Virus record (IMG/VR): IMGVR_UViG_2038011000_000015
Span: 29,145 to 93,144 of that record
Origin: a virus
Lineage: Duplodnaviria > Caudoviricetes
Direction: 5' to 3' (one strand)
DNA length: 64,000 nt
The notes under the pieces: model-generated
Databases searched by the model: none
The model's input: the letters and a program-made list of their open reading frames with translations, nothing else
Told to the model about the DNA's origin: nothing
Shown: positions 20,671-31,594 of the stretch, piece after piece
Layout of the letters: every line of letters starts with the position of its first letter
Position numbering within the stretch: the stretch's first letter is position 1
Program-made: the position numbers and the translations under genes

Positions 20671-21405
20671 GTGGCGTTTCAGTTTCTCGGCACATTCACG
20701 GTAAGCCAGTTCAAGCGCTTTGAAGCGTACGTGCGTGCGCAAAAGCAATTGGTAGACGCGCGTATCGCTCACTTGAAGGCAGAGCGAGATCGGATCGGAG
20801 GCCTTGCGATCGCGTACGACAAGGACGGCAACCCCACTCACGTTACCAGCGACGAGCAACACACCTATCTCGGGCGACTCTTAGGCGCCTATGAGGTGTT
20901 GGGCGGAAGTGTTGAGTTTGATTTGCAGGTGAGGTCGTCTGCACAGCCTGTCTTTCGTGTCCCTGGAGATATCACGAGGCCGGCTCAGCTCCTCAGCAAC
21001 GGCGAGGTAATCGCGAATGAAGGCTTGGGTGACGCTGCATCTGCGACGACCATCCAGGCCATGCGCAAGTGGGTTGAGCAGGATTTGCTACGGCGGCGAG
21101 AGAGTCTCGAGCGGAAGATTAGGCGCGCCATCGACTATTCCGAGCAGCTGAACGCGGAGATCGCCGAGTTGCAACTAATGAAGGGGTCGGAAAATGAAGA
21201 GGGGTCGCTTGACTACTACGTCAGCATCATCAATGGCCTAAAAGTGGATCGCAACTACATGGCGATAACCGATGATGAAGCGAGCCCTGACCCTCATGGC
21301 CGATTCGCCAAGGCTCCGATCGCCAGATTCACACCAGGGCCTAGAGGTTCGGTTTCGGATGAGTTCGCTAGAACCGTGAAAGGTCTTGTGACGCCGGGTA
21401 AGTAG
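20671..21405 (+). CDS. hypothetical virion-module protein, coiled-coil
   Basis: 244-aa ORF with SD GAGAGG, in the structural operon. Confidence 0.6.
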   Translation: MAFQFLGTFTVSQFKRFEAYVRAQKQLVDARIAHLKAERDRIGGLAIAYDKDGNPTHVTSDEQHTYLGRLLGAYEVLGGSVEFDLQVRSSAQPVFRVPGDITRPAQLLSNGEVIANEGLGDAASATTIQAMRKWVEQDLLRRRESLERKIRRAIDYSEQLNAEIAELQLMKGSENEEGSLDYYVSIINGLKVDRNYMAITDDEASPDPHGRFAKAPIARFTPGPRGSVSDEFARTVKGLVTPGK

Positions 21406-21419
21406 AGAAGATGTGAAGC

Positions 21420-22538
21420 ATGTCCTTTGATAGGCAGATCGATCAAGTGTGCCCGCATGAGGTTGCGGAAGAGGCGCTTTTTGTGAGCGCAGATCGGATG
21501 ACCGTGCGTCCGATGCGACCCATTTCTGCGGCGGCGTCCGTTAAGGTTCTACTCAATCACCAAATTGTTGTGCCTTCGGCAGGGGTGTACTTACCCGCGA
21601 AAGCTGTCGGTGCTCGCCGGGGGCCTTTTTCGGTGACCGGACAGAACAACGTGCTTCACATAACGGTGAACCAAGGGGAGTCCCAACGGGTTGTGCTTCC
21701 TCTTACCAACCGCATGGCGGCGGCTGAGATGGCAACACTGTTGAACCAGCGGGCGACCGGAGTGGTGTTCACAGCGGTCAATGATCGAATTGCATTTCAA
21801 TCGCAGCTGACCGGCCCTGAAGTGAGCCTTTTTTTGCACGGGGATAGTACGGCGGCAACTCTGTTTGGGCTAGTGAGTAACCATGAGTACCGCGGCATGC
21901 AGAGCGTGCCCGGATGGACTTTGATCAGCGCCACAGGGACACTGCCGGATCGACCTATGCGCCTTGTGGTGTTCGACCGACCACTCCGAGGGAGTTCTGA
22001 TTTCGTGGAGCTGTCATACTCGACTGTGTTGCAGGAGTGCAGGCGTTGCGGCGGAACCGGCTATGAACATGATTGGCGGTACGATGTGAACGGGAATGTG
22101 GTCGAGATCCGCGATGAGGGGCTGCTCATTCAGGAGCTGCAGAAGCTCTTTTACACGCTTCGAGGCACCAATCCCTTTCACTCTTGGTACGGCACAGGGA
22201 TCTTCGATGCTATCGGAGCCAAGCTCTCTAGCGGCGGCTTCACGCAGAACTTCATTGTTGCTGACATTCAACAAGCTTTCTCGCGCTGGCAGAAGATCAA
22301 GTCACAGCAGGAGGAACGCGTGCAGCAAGAGGTGTCAGATCGCGAGTTCCCGCTGAGGCTGTTGTCAGTCAATCTCGAGCAAAGCGCAGAAGATCCAACG
22401 GTCATTTATGTTTCAGTGACGGTCCAGAATCGAAGTGCCGAGCCGATTCAGCTGACCCGCGGGCTGAGGGTGCCGGCGTCACAGCAGATCGCGGGTGGCA
22501 CGATCCGACAGTCCCTGAGCAGTACTGTTCTCACTTAG
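21420..22538 (+). CDS. baseplate wedge / sheath initiator gp25-like protein with zinc-finger
   Basis: C-terminal IQELQKLFYTLRGTNPFHSWYGT is the gp25/GPW motif (T..G..P.HP.YG). Also has CPH and CRRCGGTG. Confidence 0.75.
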   Translation: MSFDRQIDQVCPHEVAEEALFVSADRMTVRPMRPISAAASVKVLLNHQIVVPSAGVYLPAKAVGARRGPFSVTGQNNVLHITVNQGESQRVVLPLTNRMAAAEMATLLNQRATGVVFTAVNDRIAFQSQLTGPEVSLFLHGDSTAATLFGLVSNHEYRGMQSVPGWTLISATGTLPDRPMRLVVFDRPLRGSSDFVELSYSTVLQECRRCGGTGYEHDWRYDVNGNVVEIRDEGLLIQELQKLFYTLRGTNPFHSWYGTGIFDAIGAKLSSGGFTQNFIVADIQQAFSRWQKIKSQQEERVQQEVSDREFPLRLLSVNLEQSAEDPTVIYVSVTVQNRSAEPIQLTRGLRVPASQQIAGGTIRQSLSSTVLT

Positions 22539-22554
22539 GCCGTGAAGAGACGAG

Positions 22555-25500
22555 ATGGCTACAACACCACAGATAGCGCTTAGAGATGGATCGGGGTTCA
22601 CGACAAACCTTGCCTTTACCACGAATCAGGAATCCATCTACCTTACTGGCACGGTGAGCGTTGATACTGTAGCGACTCAAGTCTCCATCAATGGTGCGGC
22701 ATTTAGCGCCGACCCGAATCTGGTAGAGCACGTTGGGCAAACGCTAGCGATCCCTAGGCTCAGCGTGTATCCGATGGGGTTGCCGCTGGAGTTTGGCGTC
22801 AACACCATCTTGGTGCGCGCGGTTGACATCGTGGGCGCTGTGTCAGCGGCCGCCACCATTGTCATCACTAGGGTCTTGGACGCCAACGTCGCTGGGACCC
22901 AGATCCCTACCGGGATACGCGTTCAGCGCTACCGCGGCAATGTCAAGATTCAAGCGGCGAAGCCCAGTGGGGCATTGATCAGCACCTTCCTCGGTTTCAA
23001 CTTCTATGCGTCCACAGAGCCGGCCGGGGCTTCCGGCTACTATCGCGTCAACGAAAAGCCCGTTTCTTCGGATACCAGCTTTGAGCAGGATGACTTGATA
23101 GCGTACGAAGACCTGGCCCTGTGGGATGTGAGCGGCGTTGGCAGGATGATACGCGTGCGCATTTCTGAGCTTGATGAGTTCGGAAACGAGACGGCGGTGC
23201 GACTGGATTCATTCCACGATAACACCGTGCTCAGCGGAAAACTGCGTTTTACCAGCACCCTTCAGAGTTATGAGATGAACGAGTTCATTGCGTTCACCCA
23301 TGACCGACAAGGGGGTGCGGGGTCCGTTAACTCCGATCAGTTCTTGGGGGTTCCCAGCACGGACCCTCTCTACTACGTCGTAACTGGCGTCTACTACGAT
23401 CCAGCGACCAACACCGAGAGCGAAACGCCATATTCACAGGAAGTGCTGGGTGCGCCCCTCACGATAGACACTACGGTTCGTGATTTGCCGAGCCGTACAC
23501 AGACGCAGATTGTCATCGATTACATGAACGCTGTGCTGCGGGTCAACAACGCGATCTCGTTGATTCCGGGGTCGGTCACGCGTGACGTGGACATCGATCC
23601 CTTTGCGTCCGAGGCGGAAAGAATTTGGTTTCTGCTGGACTTCGTTCACCGAAGTCAGAGCTTTCTCACCTTGTTGGCGATCGACAATGTAAGCGGCAAC
23701 GGTGTGTCTGACCCGGTGGCTAGCAGCGCGTACAAGCAGGCACTGAAGGCCGCGCTTGGGTTGTTGAGCGACAGCGCTGTACAGGCGTTGATTGACCAGC
23801 AGTTTGACAAGCTCGCCGCCAATGTGAACAAGACCCGCCTCGGTGGGCGGCAGGCAGTTGGAACGTTGACTCTATATACGGCGGTCCGTCCCACAAGAGA
23901 CATACCGGTCCCTGCGGGGTCTTACGCGATCTCGTCCGCGGATGCCAGCACGGGCGTGACATCTCAGCGCTACCGCATTGGGGGGTCATTTGTGATGCTC
24001 GCCTCGAATGCGGACTCTTACTATAACTTCGAAACGCGGCGCTATGAGTTGAGTGTAGACATTGTGGCGGAAACGGCTGGTTCTGCCGGGAATGTTCCTG
24101 CCAACACGATCAGGAGCCTCGTGGGGGTTAGCGGTCTGCAGGCTACCAACGAGTCTGCGATCGTCTTTGGCAGTGATCGGGAGAGTAATGCAGAGCTTGC
24201 GGCACGTGCGATGCTCGGTTTTGCATCGGTGGATACCGGTACCGAGAGTGGTTACGCGGCGACCGTTGCTTCTAAGGTCGGCGTCATTCGGAACAAGATC
24301 GTCAAGAGCGGCGATACGTTGATGATGCGTGACTATGATGACGTTCGCCACAAGCACATCGGCGGTAAAGTCGATGTCTGGGTGCAAGGTGTTCAGGAGC
24401 GGCAGGTTCAGGATCGCTTTGCGTTCACGTATGAGGTCGCATTCAACGTGCAATGTCAGGTGCTGGACGCGCAGGCGCTGATCTTCCGTGTGCTCGACTC
24501 TCGTGTCACACTCTCGACTCCCATTGTGGAGGTGCTGAATGGTAGTGTTCGCAATGTGACCGTAGGGCTCGACTACAACCTTACGAACATGAAGCTTTTG
24601 GACTACCAAACGTTTCAGCTTAGCACCGATGTGCCGCAGCCGACTACTACGGCGGATGATCGTGTCATTGCCGACTATCGTTTTCAGGCGCAAAACAAGC
24701 TATACATGACCCTCCAGCCGGTGCGGCGCGTCGTTTCCGTCGTGGGCGAGGTGAGCGGCGCGCTGACGCCTGACGTTCACTACAAGCTATACAAGACGGA
24801 TGATCCGTTGCTTGAGGGGGAGAGCACGCTTGCGAAAAACTACGTGGCGATCACGCCCTCAGGGGGCAAGCCCAGCGGTGAGACCATTACGGTGAACCAT
24901 GAGCTGCGTGTGTTGATTGGCTTTGAGCAAGAACCCCTCAACTCGATCGGCATCAACACGGCAACCATTCGTGTGTTCAATGAGCAGCGGACTATCGAAT
25001 ACAGCGCACCGGGTGCCTCTGCTCCCGATTATGACGTGATAGCGGGGACCCCTACCACGCCGGCAAAAATTGTTCGTACAGCGGCCTCACGTATTGCGAG
25101 CGGGCAGGAAGTGTCGATTGACTATGCTCACGATGAGAACTTTGTTGTGACCTATGTGGTCAACGACTTGCTTCAGCAGTTGCAGGCGACCCTGAACAAT
25201 CGGCGGCACGTTACTGCGGATGTGCTGGTGAAACAGGCGGTCAGCAATGGGATCGACATTGAAACCACGGTGCAGCTCGCGAGGGGTGCTACGAAGGAGA
25301 AGACCGATCCCGCGCTACGGAACAATGTGTCGTTGGATCTGAACCGGAAGTTCATCGGACAAGGTGTTGCGCAATCGAATGTGGACGCGGCGATCAACGA
25401 CACGGATGGGGTGCAATTCAACGTGTTGCCTATGGCCAAGATGGCATACGCGTCGGGCTCGGTGAAGCTTCGGGAGAGGGTGTTGTCTACGTACGAACGC

Positions 25501-25980
25501 CAAGGCGCGAGGTCCTTGGACCAAGGGGGCAACATCGCGTTCATTTTGACCAACCCCCTAGGGTTTCCGACGACAGACGGTGGCGGGCTCGACACCGAAC
25601 ATAGGGGGGTGTTCCAGGATGACATCGCGATGCGGATATCTCCGACTCTCGTGGGGGTGTGCTCGGAGGCAAATCAAGCTTTCATCATCGGCTCTGGAGG
25701 CGCAATCATTCAGGGGTACTCGGACGACGCGACTCTGACCGCGGAAGGCTACTTGCCCCTTCAGTTCGCTGCAGAACGTCTTCGACGCACTGCCAACCAT
25801 ATTGTGTTGTCGCTTTTGGGTTCAGGGTCTCCGACGGACAATCCGGGCAATCACAGCTACGCCGTGTCGTATGTCATCCGCGGGGATTCGGGGTCACACG
25901 ACATCAACGTTTCGGATGTGGAGCTTATCGAGCTTTCGACGCTCACTGTCACCTATCGTGACTACGCGAAGGGGGCCTGA
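22555..25980 (+). CDS. baseplate J-like wedge protein (gp6/gpJ) with Ig-like additions
   Basis: TRLGGRQAVGTLTLY, VAETAGSAGNVPANTI, GSDRESNAELAAR, GT..GY and GGKVDVWV are baseplate J motifs. Confidence 0.85.
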   Translation: MATTPQIALRDGSGFTTNLAFTTNQESIYLTGTVSVDTVATQVSINGAAFSADPNLVEHVGQTLAIPRLSVYPMGLPLEFGVNTILVRAVDIVGAVSAAATIVITRVLDANVAGTQIPTGIRVQRYRGNVKIQAAKPSGALISTFLGFNFYASTEPAGASGYYRVNEKPVSSDTSFEQDDLIAYEDLALWDVSGVGRMIRVRISELDEFGNETAVRLDSFHDNTVLSGKLRFTSTLQSYEMNEFIAFTHDRQGGAGSVNSDQFLGVPSTDPLYYVVTGVYYDPATNTESETPYSQEVLGAPLTIDTTVRDLPSRTQTQIVIDYMNAVLRVNNAISLIPGSVTRDVDIDPFASEAERIWFLLDFVHRSQSFLTLLAIDNVSGNGVSDPVASSAYKQALKAALGLLSDSAVQALIDQQFDKLAANVNKTRLGGRQAVGTLTLYTAVRPTRDIPVPAGSYAISSADASTGVTSQRYRIGGSFVMLASNADSYYNFETRRYELSVDIVAETAGSAGNVPANTIRSLVGVSGLQATNESAIVFGSDRESNAELAARAMLGFASVDTGTESGYAATVASKVGVIRNKIVKSGDTLMMRDYDDVRHKHIGGKVDVWVQGVQERQVQDRFAFTYEVAFNVQCQVLDAQALIFRVLDSRVTLSTPIVEVLNGSVRNVTVGLDYNLTNMKLLDYQTFQLSTDVPQPTTTADDRVIADYRFQAQNKLYMTLQPVRRVVSVVGEVSGALTPDVHYKLYKTDDPLLEGESTLAKNYVAITPSGGKPSGETITVNHELRVLIGFEQEPLNSIGINTATIRVFNEQRTIEYSAPGASAPDYDVIAGTPTTPAKIVRTAASRIASGQEVSIDYAHDENFVVTYVVNDLLQQLQATLNNRRHVTADVLVKQAVSNGIDIETTVQLARGATKEKTDPALRNNVSLDLNRKFIGQGVAQSNVDAAINDTDGVQFNVLPMAKMAYASGSVKLRERVLSTYERQGARSLDQGGNIAFILTNPLGFPTTDGGGLDTEHRGVFQDDIAMRISPTLVGVCSEANQAFIIGSGGAIIQGYSDDATLTAEGYLPLQFAAERLRRTANHIVLSLLGSGSPTDNPGNHSYAVSYVIRGDSGSHDINVSDVELIELSTLTVTYRDYAKGA

Positions 25981-26801
25981 TGGCAAGGCTTGTATACGAT
26001 GGGAACCGGCTAAACAGCACGGTCTACGCGTCCGGCAAGGAGTACGATCTTCGGCTCTTGCAGAGGGCGCAGACGGTTTTTTCGACCTTGCTGAACCTGT
26101 TGCCCAGCAACTACGTATCGGCCGTTCAAGGGCCTTCTTACACGAATGCTCTGAAGGCTATCGCGGTTGAGCTGTCGCGGCTTGAGCTGGCCCTGGAGGA
26201 TGTGGCCTTTGACTTCAATTTCAACCGGACACGTTCGGACTTTCTTTGGTCAGTGATTGGGTATCTGGTCCTGGTGAACGAGCGGATTCCGGATCTCGGT
26301 TTCAGCGACCATCAGTTTCGCAGCTTCTTTCTTGGGTTGATCGGCATCTACTTTCAAGGCTCTGTGCCAGAGTCCATGAAGGATGTGATACAGCTGTTCA
26401 ATAGTGGCGATATCGCCATCACCGAGTCCTTCCTGCTGGTACGCAAGGGCACCGGTGGTCTGGACATTTCGGATCAATTCTCTTTCGGAATCGACTACGT
26501 GGCGGCTCCCGGCGGGGGATTTCCGCCTAACGTGTTCGAGGCGGATTCTGCGATCCGGCAGTTGATTGATCTTGTGCGCCCGGCCCATACGTTGTTTCGC
26601 GTGCGCTACGTGTTCGGCGATGACGTGTTTCCGGATGCGAATGACCTGTTCGGGAAGTTCAAGGACGAGATGCGTTGGCGGATGGCCACGTACTACTACG
26701 CGGATTTTCGCCATTACTGGATGGGCATCAAAGACCGGGATCGACTTGGCCGAAACACCAATCAGTATGTGACCGGGGAGAATCACAGCGGCGATTTTTA
26801 G
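25980..26801 (+). CDS. baseplate wedge subunit (P2 gpI / Mu gp48-like)
   Basis: Coupled to baseplate J. Contains LLPSNY and IDLVRPAHT motifs. Confidence 0.65.
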   Translation: MARLVYDGNRLNSTVYASGKEYDLRLLQRAQTVFSTLLNLLPSNYVSAVQGPSYTNALKAIAVELSRLELALEDVAFDFNFNRTRSDFLWSVIGYLVLVNERIPDLGFSDHQFRSFFLGLIGIYFQGSVPESMKDVIQLFNSGDIAITESFLLVRKGTGGLDISDQFSFGIDYVAAPGGGFPPNVFEADSAIRQLIDLVRPAHTLFRVRYVFGDDVFPDANDLFGKFKDEMRWRMATYYYADFRHYWMGIKDRDRLGRNTNQYVTGENHSGDF

Positions 26802-26833
26802 TTATCCTTTTGCCGGTTGTGAGCTGCGGACAA

Positions 26834-29800
26834 ATGAACATCGTCAGCCAGGGCACTGTCATCACCGTCACCTTTGACGTCCCGCTTCTGCCTCAGAACG
26901 CGGCGGATCCGGCGAGCTACGTGCTCAGCAGTCCTGATGGGGGGGTGCCGCTCATAGTGCTTGAGGTGGAGGTTGCAGGACTCCTTTCGGTGTCGAGTTC
27001 CATAGAAGGTTCGTCCGCGATGCAGCTACAGCCGGCCAGTAGCGTGTTCTACGCGAGTGGGGCGATTGCATCGAGGTATCTTGAGATCTCACAGGTTGTG
27101 TTGAGGACCACCAAGCCTAGCGCCGGGCACATGTATCGGCTCGCGACCCGCGGGCTGAAGATGGTCAACGGCAATGTGCATCGTGAGGTCCAGACGTTTG
27201 TCGCATCAGCTTCGCTTCCACGGGTGACTCGGGCAGAACAGCTGGAAGACGGGGTTGTGGTGACCTATTCGGAGCGCATGCGGATCAATGACTCGTTCAT
27301 TTCGAGTGACGTGTATGCGATCTCCGGTCCTACCGAGGTGATGATCACCAGTGTTCGTGTTCTTTCGGCGAGCAAGGTGTTGCTGACTACTGTTGGGCTT
27401 CGCACGGGCTTGTATACGCTACGGGTCAGTGGTGTTGTGGATGTTGCGGCCAATCCGCTGGACGCGCCACACGACGTAGTGCAGTTCACGGCGATCCCCG
27501 CTCGCCACCTCCGGAGTATTTTTACGGATCGAGGGCCGATCGCCAAGCCTGCGCTGACGCTGCAGTCGGGGGCGGGTGCCAGCATCGCGAGCCCGACGCA
27601 GATAACATTGCCTGGTGCTAACGTTACCGCGGGCCACGTGGGACTCTATGTATCGCTCACGGGCGGCCCCAATGAAGGCGCTTACCGAGTCACAAGTCGT
27701 GTTTCCGCCACGGTAGTGAAGGTGGCGGCTAGCTTTTCGCATCTCGACGACCCTTCAAATGGCGCGCTTGGATGGAGTTTGATCGACTACCGGGATGGGC
27801 AGATTGCCAATGACCCAACTGACGTGGTGGTAAAGATCAACGATACCCCTGTAGAGGCAGAGGCGGTCATCGGGCTGCTCGGTCAGGTGGTGCTGCCGTT
27901 GGTTCCGGAGCCTGACGATGATGTGCGGATTGACTATGCATGGATCCGTGATCCCGTAGTGGATGTACGACGGCTGAACTCTAAAGAGTTTTGTCTCAAC
28001 AACTGGAACAAGCGTGTTGATTCCGCTTCTTCTCACCAGTACCGGTACAACAACACGCTGCTTCGACCGGAAGCGTTGTCTCGGGAGTCCTCGGAGGCAA
28101 TCACCGGGATCGCCACATTTCCGACGTCAGTCATTCTCAGTGATCTATCGGCCAACTTTTCGAGCGTCGCGCCTGAGTCGTATGTGACCATGTTGAGCGG
28201 TCCGAACAAGGGGTTGCGGCGAAAGGTTCATGCGATTCTGAGCGACACGCGGTTGACGCTCGAGGCGCCGTTGTTCGATAGCAGCGGTGGCGCGTACCGG
28301 GTTGACCCCATCGATATCAGCGCTGGGCGATCGCAGCCGCTTGAGAGGGATCTGAAGTACCGTGCGTATGAGCGCGCCTACTCTGTTGCGCTCAATGATC
28401 CAAATCTCTTGTTGTTGAACTCGCCGAATCAGCGGATCGCATATCCGCCAATGTCGCGACCGTTGGCGACGGTCTTTGTGAATTATGAGGGCAGCGTACT
28501 GCCGGAGGCCTCGGCGGATCCGTGGCAGAGGGCGGGTCAAGGGCTGGCTGAAGTGCAGGGCGCGGACCTTGTGGTGGTGGATGATAGCATCGGTCCAGCC
28601 CCCGGAGGGGCTCCAATTTTTTGGACACGGCCGATTGATCTGACGTTTGATCATATTTATGCGCTAGCGTGGCGCATGCGGATCGATGCCACGCCGACTC
28701 CGCAAGGGGTGTTTACGGGGTTGGCAGCGGGATATGCGGATGCTGAGAACGTCTGCGTAGTTGGCTACCTGGATGTCGAAGGCGTTAAAATGCTCGGTGT
28801 CCTTCGTAAGGGCTTCGGAAACGATCCGTCGCAGCAAGCCGCTTGGACGTCGGCGGAGCTTGATTGGAGCATCTCGCGCAGCTACCGACTCTTCCGTGAT
28901 CAGACGGGGAGTATCGGCGTCTACGTTGATGGCGCGGTTGTGCCGATGCTTCAGGCGGCCGAGGATTCGTTACCATCGCTTCACGAGCTGAATGCGCCGT
29001 TTGATCAGTTGCAAGGGCCATTCTTCGGTTCGATCTCCAGGGAAGCCGCGAGCACCTCGACCTGGAGTTTCGTGCGCTACACTGCGATTCCCGCTAACCC
29101 GTTGGAGTCAGAGCCCTCGATCTTTGTGGCTTACGAAGGCTCCCAAGTGCCAGAAGCGGCAGCGCAACCATGGACTCCTGTGGGTTTCCACGGGACTGAG
29201 CATGTTGTTGATTCGCATCTCGTTTTGGACTCCACGAGCGCGTCTTCTGGTGCGTCAGGGCTCATCAGCGGCGACTTCAAGGGTTATACGCGAATTGAAC
29301 CACTTCTTAAAGAGTCGTTTAGCACCGTTTTGGATCTTCGGCTTGCGGTGCGTACCTATACGCATGGGATGTCGCCGAATGCTGTGATGGCAGCGATTGA
29401 CGACGGGGATCGGCTCATTCAGCTCAGTTTTGTTGCGGAGCAAGCCTCTCCCAAGATCAGCTACGGCGGACGCACCTTGCCTCCCGAGTTCGAGCCTTAC
29501 CCGTGGAACCCTACGGGTGCGCAGGCAGCCACGATGGTTGGCCAGTATTTGATGATCGAAGACGAAAGCACTGAGGATGGGCTTTCGTACACGGCGCAGG
29601 ACTCACATGCAACGGACAGTGCGGATCGCGTGATCTCGTATTTGAGCGACTACATGGTCGAGTTCCGCGTGCGTGTGGTGAGCTACACCCCGGATGTTAC
29701 CGGATTCTGCGGGGTGTCTTCTTCTGTGTACGACGGACTGCAATCGGTGGGGCTACAGCTTGTGCAGCACCCCGAATACGTCGAGCAGGACGGCGGCATC

Positions 29801-31594
29801 GTGGAGACCAATCGGCGCTATGTCGAGCTGCACTCGGAGGGTGTCGGAAGGCCGGGTGGGCGCTTTGCCTTTGAGTGGAACGACGGGATGTTTCACACGT
29901 ACCGGCTCACCAAATCGACTCTTGGCAGCCAAGTCTCCGTTTTCGCGGACGGTGTCTACCTAGGCGCGCTTGACTATCAAGGGTTCGAGCCTCCCCCGGC
30001 TCCTTCCTTGGTTGGAAGGGCATCGTTTGGTTCTGCGACGGCGTTGAGCGTGCAAGCGAGGTCGGTTGCGGTGTGGGCGTACTCGAACTATTGGCGGGTC
30101 ACGTCCGGGCGTCGATTTGTTGGCTTGTGGAAGGGGTACGATTCGGACGCGCTCACGGGGTATCATCTGCCGGCCAGCGCTACCGGCCATCTGGCGTGGG
30201 TAAACGGTAACGTGTTGACGGACACTCGTGTGGACTTTGTGGCGCTCGGGGTTGCTCAGGGCGACCAGCTCATCATTGACGAAGGGGCCAACAAGGGCGT
30301 CTACACCGTCGATGTCGTGGCGCCTCTGAGCGACGTATCCAAGCTCACTGTGCTCACTCAGTTCCGGAGCCAGCCGACACAGGTGAGCTACCGGTGTGTT
30401 AAAGAAGTTGATTGGACGACCGAGCACCGATACCGGATCATCAAAGATCCAAGCGGTGGCGTAGCCGTATTCCTGGATGATGTGGATCAGCCTCTGATCC
30501 ACACAGCGTATGGCGCGACTTCGTTGCCGCCTAGCTCTGTAGGGATCCTGCAAGGCATTTCTGCGGGGTTGTCGTCGATCACGTGGGGAGCTTTCGATCC
30601 GACAAACCTCTCGCAGACTTCATGGGACTACGTTCGCTTTGGTGCCATCCGATCGCTGTCAGCTTCAGGGATAGCTCCGCACCATCAGATTCTGAACCAA
30701 GTGAATGTGATGGCTTCTTACGAGCATCATCGGTTCGCGGTACCGCACCAGCATACTGATTTCTGGAGCAGCGGCGAGGGAATCCCGCCTCAAACCGAGC
30801 CTGATTTGCTTCAGGACCCGAACCTGATCGCTTACACATTGCTTAACGAAGGAACACCGCTGGTCCCTTCGACCCAGACATACCAAGTGCGCGCACCCAA
30901 GTCGTTGGTGGTTTCGGTCGCGGACTTGGATGATCCGCAAGAGGTGCTGAATCACCGCGGGTTCTTGGTAAATCAATCCTCTGAGAGGGTGGATGTGCAG
31001 GTCCCCGATGATGTGCTCTACAACAGTCTGCAGGTTTTGGAGCGCTCGACCGGTGAAGCCGACCTCATTGCGCCCTTTGATGATGATGCCGACATACACG
31101 CTCTCAGCGAGCTAGGTTTCAAGTCAGAGGTGTGTTTGAGCTACGATGGGACAGTGTTGCCTGAAAACGACACCACTGCACCCGTTCGGTGGGTGCGTGC
31201 GAGTGACAACGATGCAAAGCAGGTCTCGACCGTTTCCGCGGGGGCTCTGACGTATCGAGCCGATGGGACCCGTACTGTGTATCGCAACGGCACGCCCTTA
31301 CCGCTCATGACGAGCTTGCCCACCGAGGTCAAGTTCCGAGTGCGGCTGATGCAGGATGCCACCGAAGGGCTAGGGGATACGCAGGTCCGGTTTGGGTTTT
31401 CCTCGCCGGGCGCCACGGTGGGACTGGCGTTTGTGACCACTGCCGCGGGGGAGCGCTACGTGCTGGTGGTGGACATGAACAATCGCCAGACCCTCGCGGG
31501 GATCCCATTCGACTTCAGCGATGGGAGTTATCATACGTACGTGATTCGTAGAGACCCGGCGTCGGCGTCCATACAGATAAGGGTTGAGCCATGA
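26834..31594 (+). CDS. large tail fibre / receptor-binding protein with Ig-like and repeated ConA/LamG-like domains
   Basis: Probable start ATG 26834. N-terminal Ig-like units (VTFDVPL...ASYVL; VTYSERM...YAI). Four Y(E/D/G)G..(L/V)P(E/P)...W repeats and (W/F)...H.YR strand motifs. Confidence 0.6.
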   Translation: MNIVSQGTVITVTFDVPLLPQNAADPASYVLSSPDGGVPLIVLEVEVAGLLSVSSSIEGSSAMQLQPASSVFYASGAIASRYLEISQVVLRTTKPSAGHMYRLATRGLKMVNGNVHREVQTFVASASLPRVTRAEQLEDGVVVTYSERMRINDSFISSDVYAISGPTEVMITSVRVLSASKVLLTTVGLRTGLYTLRVSGVVDVAANPLDAPHDVVQFTAIPARHLRSIFTDRGPIAKPALTLQSGAGASIASPTQITLPGANVTAGHVGLYVSLTGGPNEGAYRVTSRVSATVVKVAASFSHLDDPSNGALGWSLIDYRDGQIANDPTDVVVKINDTPVEAEAVIGLLGQVVLPLVPEPDDDVRIDYAWIRDPVVDVRRLNSKEFCLNNWNKRVDSASSHQYRYNNTLLRPEALSRESSEAITGIATFPTSVILSDLSANFSSVAPESYVTMLSGPNKGLRRKVHAILSDTRLTLEAPLFDSSGGAYRVDPIDISAGRSQPLERDLKYRAYERAYSVALNDPNLLLLNSPNQRIAYPPMSRPLATVFVNYEGSVLPEASADPWQRAGQGLAEVQGADLVVVDDSIGPAPGGAPIFWTRPIDLTFDHIYALAWRMRIDATPTPQGVFTGLAAGYADAENVCVVGYLDVEGVKMLGVLRKGFGNDPSQQAAWTSAELDWSISRSYRLFRDQTGSIGVYVDGAVVPMLQAAEDSLPSLHELNAPFDQLQGPFFGSISREAASTSTWSFVRYTAIPANPLESEPSIFVAYEGSQVPEAAAQPWTPVGFHGTEHVVDSHLVLDSTSASSGASGLISGDFKGYTRIEPLLKESFSTVLDLRLAVRTYTHGMSPNAVMAAIDDGDRLIQLSFVAEQASPKISYGGRTLPPEFEPYPWNPTGAQAATMVGQYLMIEDESTEDGLSYTAQDSHATDSADRVISYLSDYMVEFRVRVVSYTPDVTGFCGVSSSVYDGLQSVGLQLVQHPEYVEQDGGIVETNRRYVELHSEGVGRPGGRFAFEWNDGMFHTYRLTKSTLGSQVSVFADGVYLGALDYQGFEPPPAPSLVGRASFGSATALSVQARSVAVWAYSNYWRVTSGRRFVGLWKGYDSDALTGYHLPASATGHLAWVNGNVLTDTRVDFVALGVAQGDQLIIDEGANKGVYTVDVVAPLSDVSKLTVLTQFRSQPTQVSYRCVKEVDWTTEHRYRIIKDPSGGVAVFLDDVDQPLIHTAYGATSLPPSSVGILQGISAGLSSITWGAFDPTNLSQTSWDYVRFGAIRSLSASGIAPHHQILNQVNVMASYEHHRFAVPHQHTDFWSSGEGIPPQTEPDLLQDPNLIAYTLLNEGTPLVPSTQTYQVRAPKSLVVSVADLDDPQEVLNHRGFLVNQSSERVDVQVPDDVLYNSLQVLERSTGEADLIAPFDDDADIHALSELGFKSEVCLSYDGTVLPENDTTAPVRWVRASDNDAKQVSTVSAGALTYRADGTRTVYRNGTPLPLMTSLPTEVKFRVRLMQDATEGLGDTQVRFGFSSPGATVGLAFVTTAAGERYVLVVDMNNRQTLAGIPFDFSDGSYHTYVIRRDPASASIQIRVEP

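Noticed and set aside
295-25980. Tape measure and baseplate J are both 1141 aa
   Set aside because: No sequence similarity; coincidence.
26675-26833. N-terminal 53 aa of the 1639-aa ORF as given in the track
   Set aside because: It overlaps the upstream wedge gene by 127 nt. ATG 26834 after the intergenic gap is the more plausible start.
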